A stretch of 64,000 nt of DNA. It comes from Pristiophorus japonicus. Taxonomy: Eukaryota. A model generated the notes under the pieces. The model had not been told where the DNA came from, did no database searches, and saw only the letters and a program-made list of their open reading frames with translations. Shown piece by piece: positions 61,191 to 64,000 of this stretch. The stretch's first letter is position 1, and every line of letters starts with the position of its first letter. Both the position numbers and the translations under genes were made by a program. The DNA lies in NCBI RefSeq assembly GCF_044704955.1, contig NC_091990.1, forward strand, positions 7,626,001 through 7,690,000, read 5' to 3'.

Positions 61191-61578
61191 GGTACCCGAG
61201 GCAATAATGCGGGAACTCTCGTTAGTTGTCAACCACCTTCTGGAGAACTCCGTTGGTGCTTTCCGGCACTGGCCTTAAAAGCCGGAGACATGAGTTACTT
61301 GCATGTAGTATGGTGGAATGGGACTCGACTTAATGGAGTTGTCAGTGTTCAGAACATTGCAGACTTACTGTTTTTGACCTGGTTAATTTCAGTTATATAT
61401 ACACAGTTGTAATTATTGCTGGATGTCCTAATTGATGTGCAACGGCTGTGCTGTATGATCACACTCGAGCACCGATCACATTTCCTGGCGTGTGGACACT
61501 GGTAGAACAGTTGACTATTTTGCATGAATATGTTGTTTGGAAAATAAATACAATTTTGTTGTACTATGGTTACTTTAA

Positions 61579-61686
<108 letters not shown>

Positions 61687-61706
61687 TGAATAATTCAGCT
61701 CCATGT

Positions 61707-61779
61707 TCTGTCACTGATGAATTCTTATACCTACATTGTTTGATCTGTTAAATGAGAACAAACTTAATACTGAGATAGA
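61707..61779 (+). ncRNA. SNORD34: Box C/D snoRNA U34 (intron 5)
   Basis: C box CTGATGA at 61714, guide TACCTACATTGT plus D' TTGA as in U34, D box at 61770, stem TCTGTC/GATAGA. Confidence 0.88.
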
Positions 61780-61844
61780 TCAAGTTCTCTTCAAATTATT
61801 TATTCTGTTTGCTCTGTTTTAATCAATGTAATTTGCATTTACAG

Positions 61845-61904
61845 AGGAAACGCATGGTTGTGCCAGCAGCCCTGAAGATTGTACGTTTGAAGCCAACTCG
61901 AAAG
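61845..61904 (+). CDS. RPL13A: RPL13A exon 6
   Basis: RKRMVVPAALKIVRLKPTRK, 60 nt. Confidence 0.97.
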
Positions 61905-63251
61905 GTAATACTGAGCATTGCAATTTTTTTCCCCTTGAATCCACAGCCTCTGGGTTTATTCAGTATGTGGCTAAGCCAAGGTTCCAGGTTTGACCCCTGG
62001 TCTGCTGAGTTAGTTGATCCTGGGGCCCAGCAGCAGGGAGCCAGACTTGGTCTCTGGGTTAGGGGACGGAATAGGATGGATGCTAACCAGTGACCCTTGC
62101 CGGAAATGTGCGTGACAGCCCTGGTGCTTCCAACAATCATCGTGCTGCTGATGGTTACTTAGGTGGAGGGTAACCTATATCTACAGAGATCAGGCCCAGC
62201 AAGGAATCCATGCTTCTGGGAGGGGAGACAAAAGTTCCATTCCCCTTTTAAGAGGAAAGTCGTTTTGTTGTGTTTTTAGGTATTGGGTATGCTTGAAATC
62301 TTTTTTTGCTCAATGATGCAGGCAACCTGTTTCCCACCAAGAACAAGCCATTGCCCATGTAACCACCTGTGTAGCATGTAGGAAACAGGTTCTGCCATTT
62401 ACTGGTTCACAGTGGTAAATACAGCCATTTAATAGAACCTCTGGATTTTCTGTAACACTAGAATGTATTCTGTAGTTCAAATAGCAATCTGCTTTTTCGG
62501 AGACTCATTGGGTTTATCTGCCTTGTTCTTGTTCATTCTTGGTATGGGCAAGACTGACTATTACTCATCCCTAATTAACCTGATATGGTGGTGGACCATC
62601 TTCTTGAGTGGCTGCTTGCAGATATCATCCTATTTGTTGAAATTGGCCAGATGGGAGTGTTGGAGATTTGTTGGACTAATGATTATATTAAATCTGGTTT
62701 TCACTATAATGAGTTGCTTATGACATTGAAGCTTGTTTATGTAATGAGTTCCAAACAGTTTGTCATTGTCCCATTGATTGAATAAAATCTTTTTGAAAGA
62801 TTATAAAATAATTAGCATTACTTGCACATTGGGATTTGGATCCCTAGGAACTTCTGTTTGTGCTCCTTGAGTTGGTATTGGGTCATTGTCAGGCCTGACC
62901 GTCATAAGGCTGATGTCATAGAATCAGAGAAGTTTACAGCACGGAAGGTCGTCATTTTGGCCCCTCGTGTCTGTGCCGGCCAACAGGAGGCTATCCAGCC
63001 TAATCCCACTTTCCAGCTCTCGGTCCTTAACCCTGATGTGTAGCATTGACCTGTTGTTCCACCCTCGAACCAAGAGTACTAAAACCAATTGTTGTGCCTT
63101 AGCGCTGTTTTGACGGAGGCCAGGGATCAAACTTGGGGGCTCATTTATTTGCTGAGCCGTCGGGAAAGCAGTTTAAAAATAGGAAATACAATGTTACCCT
63201 GTCCAAAAGCTGAATCACGAGCTTGACTCTGGACTAATTGTTCCCCTGCAG

Positions 63252-63374
63252 TTTGCTCTTCTGGGTCGCCTTGCTCATGAGGTTGGCTGGAAATACCAGG
63301 CCGTTACGGCCACTCTCGAAGAGAAGCGTAAAGAAAAGGCCAAGATTCACTATGAGAAAAAGAAGAAAGTTTTG
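63252..63374 (+). CDS. RPL13A: RPL13A exon 7
   Basis: [41 protein letters not shown], 123 nt. Confidence 0.97.
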
Positions 63375-63821
63375 GTAAGTAGTGCCGTTCTTCAGATTAC
63401 TGCAATTTTATCCATTTTGTTTGAAGTGTCTGGTGCCGAGCACTGTTCCCTGGGAGAACCACAACCAGCTGGCTAGGATCCCTCCTGCTTGCCTGAGCTG
63501 AGATTGAGGATTCTTTGCTATTCTTGATAATGATTGACTGGTGCCCAATGTGTGTGGGCCCATAACTTGCTCTAGAGTGATGGCTACTGTTTGGGCCTTT
63601 ATGCTGCTGTGTTCACAAGGAAACCCATGGAAAGGTGAAGGTTATGTTTTAAACTTTTTTGTCCTGCAAATAAAGTGGATTTTAAATTGGTTCCATCGTT
63701 GCAGTTTTCTTTGTAATAATTGTGTATCTGTACTTGGAATAAAGCAAAAGTTAAAATGGGGCTTGTCTGATAAAACAGGAATTTATATTTTATCAATGAT
63801 TTTCATAAATTCTGTTCACAG

Positions 63822-63908
63822 AAACTGAAGAAAATTGCCGAGAAGAATGTTGAAAGCAAAATAGCCAAGTACACGGCTGTGCTAAAACAATATGGCGTTC
63901 TTGTTTAA
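63822..63908 (+). CDS. RPL13A: RPL13A exon 8
   Basis: KLKKIAEKNVESKIAKYTAVLKQYGVLV*. Total 205 aa. AATAAA at 63932-63937. Confidence 0.96.
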   Translation, partial: KLKKIAEKNVESKIAKYTAVLKQYGVLV

Positions 63909-64000
63909 TATATTCAGTTAGAGGCAGTGACAATAAAAACTGTAGAAAATGTTGATTTCCATGTGGCTTTGATTCTTTGATCTTTTCCCAATTAAAGCTT

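Noticed and set aside
61400-61540. Possible snoRNA near the end of RPL13A intron 4 (ATGATC)
   Set aside because: No convincing C/D pair, terminal stem or rRNA guide found by eye.

Overview
Eukaryotic, repeat-rich vertebrate DNA, most likely from a cartilaginous fish (inferred from the CR1/L2/RTE LINE and Deu-domain SINE content). Host genes read from splice sites and translations: DNAJC8 (exons 1-2, minus strand, runs off the left edge), a complete 3-exon ATP5IF1 head-to-head with it, tRNA-Trp(CCA), and a complete 8-exon RPL13A hosting three box C/D snoRNAs (two U33-type, one U34). The rest is mostly nested retroelements and TE-derived minisatellites. The most notable signal is a Tx1-clade non-LTR retrotransposon that has inserted repeatedly, antisense and with 14-bp target-site duplications (TSDs), at the same nucleotide of a CR1 LINE. 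It forms a head-to-tail stack of three copies and hit a similar TTCAYG-N5-GGA motif in a SINE, so it is a candidate sequence-specific retrotransposon that targets another retrotransposon. Repeat-family names and TE boundaries come from motif recognition by eye and are approximate.
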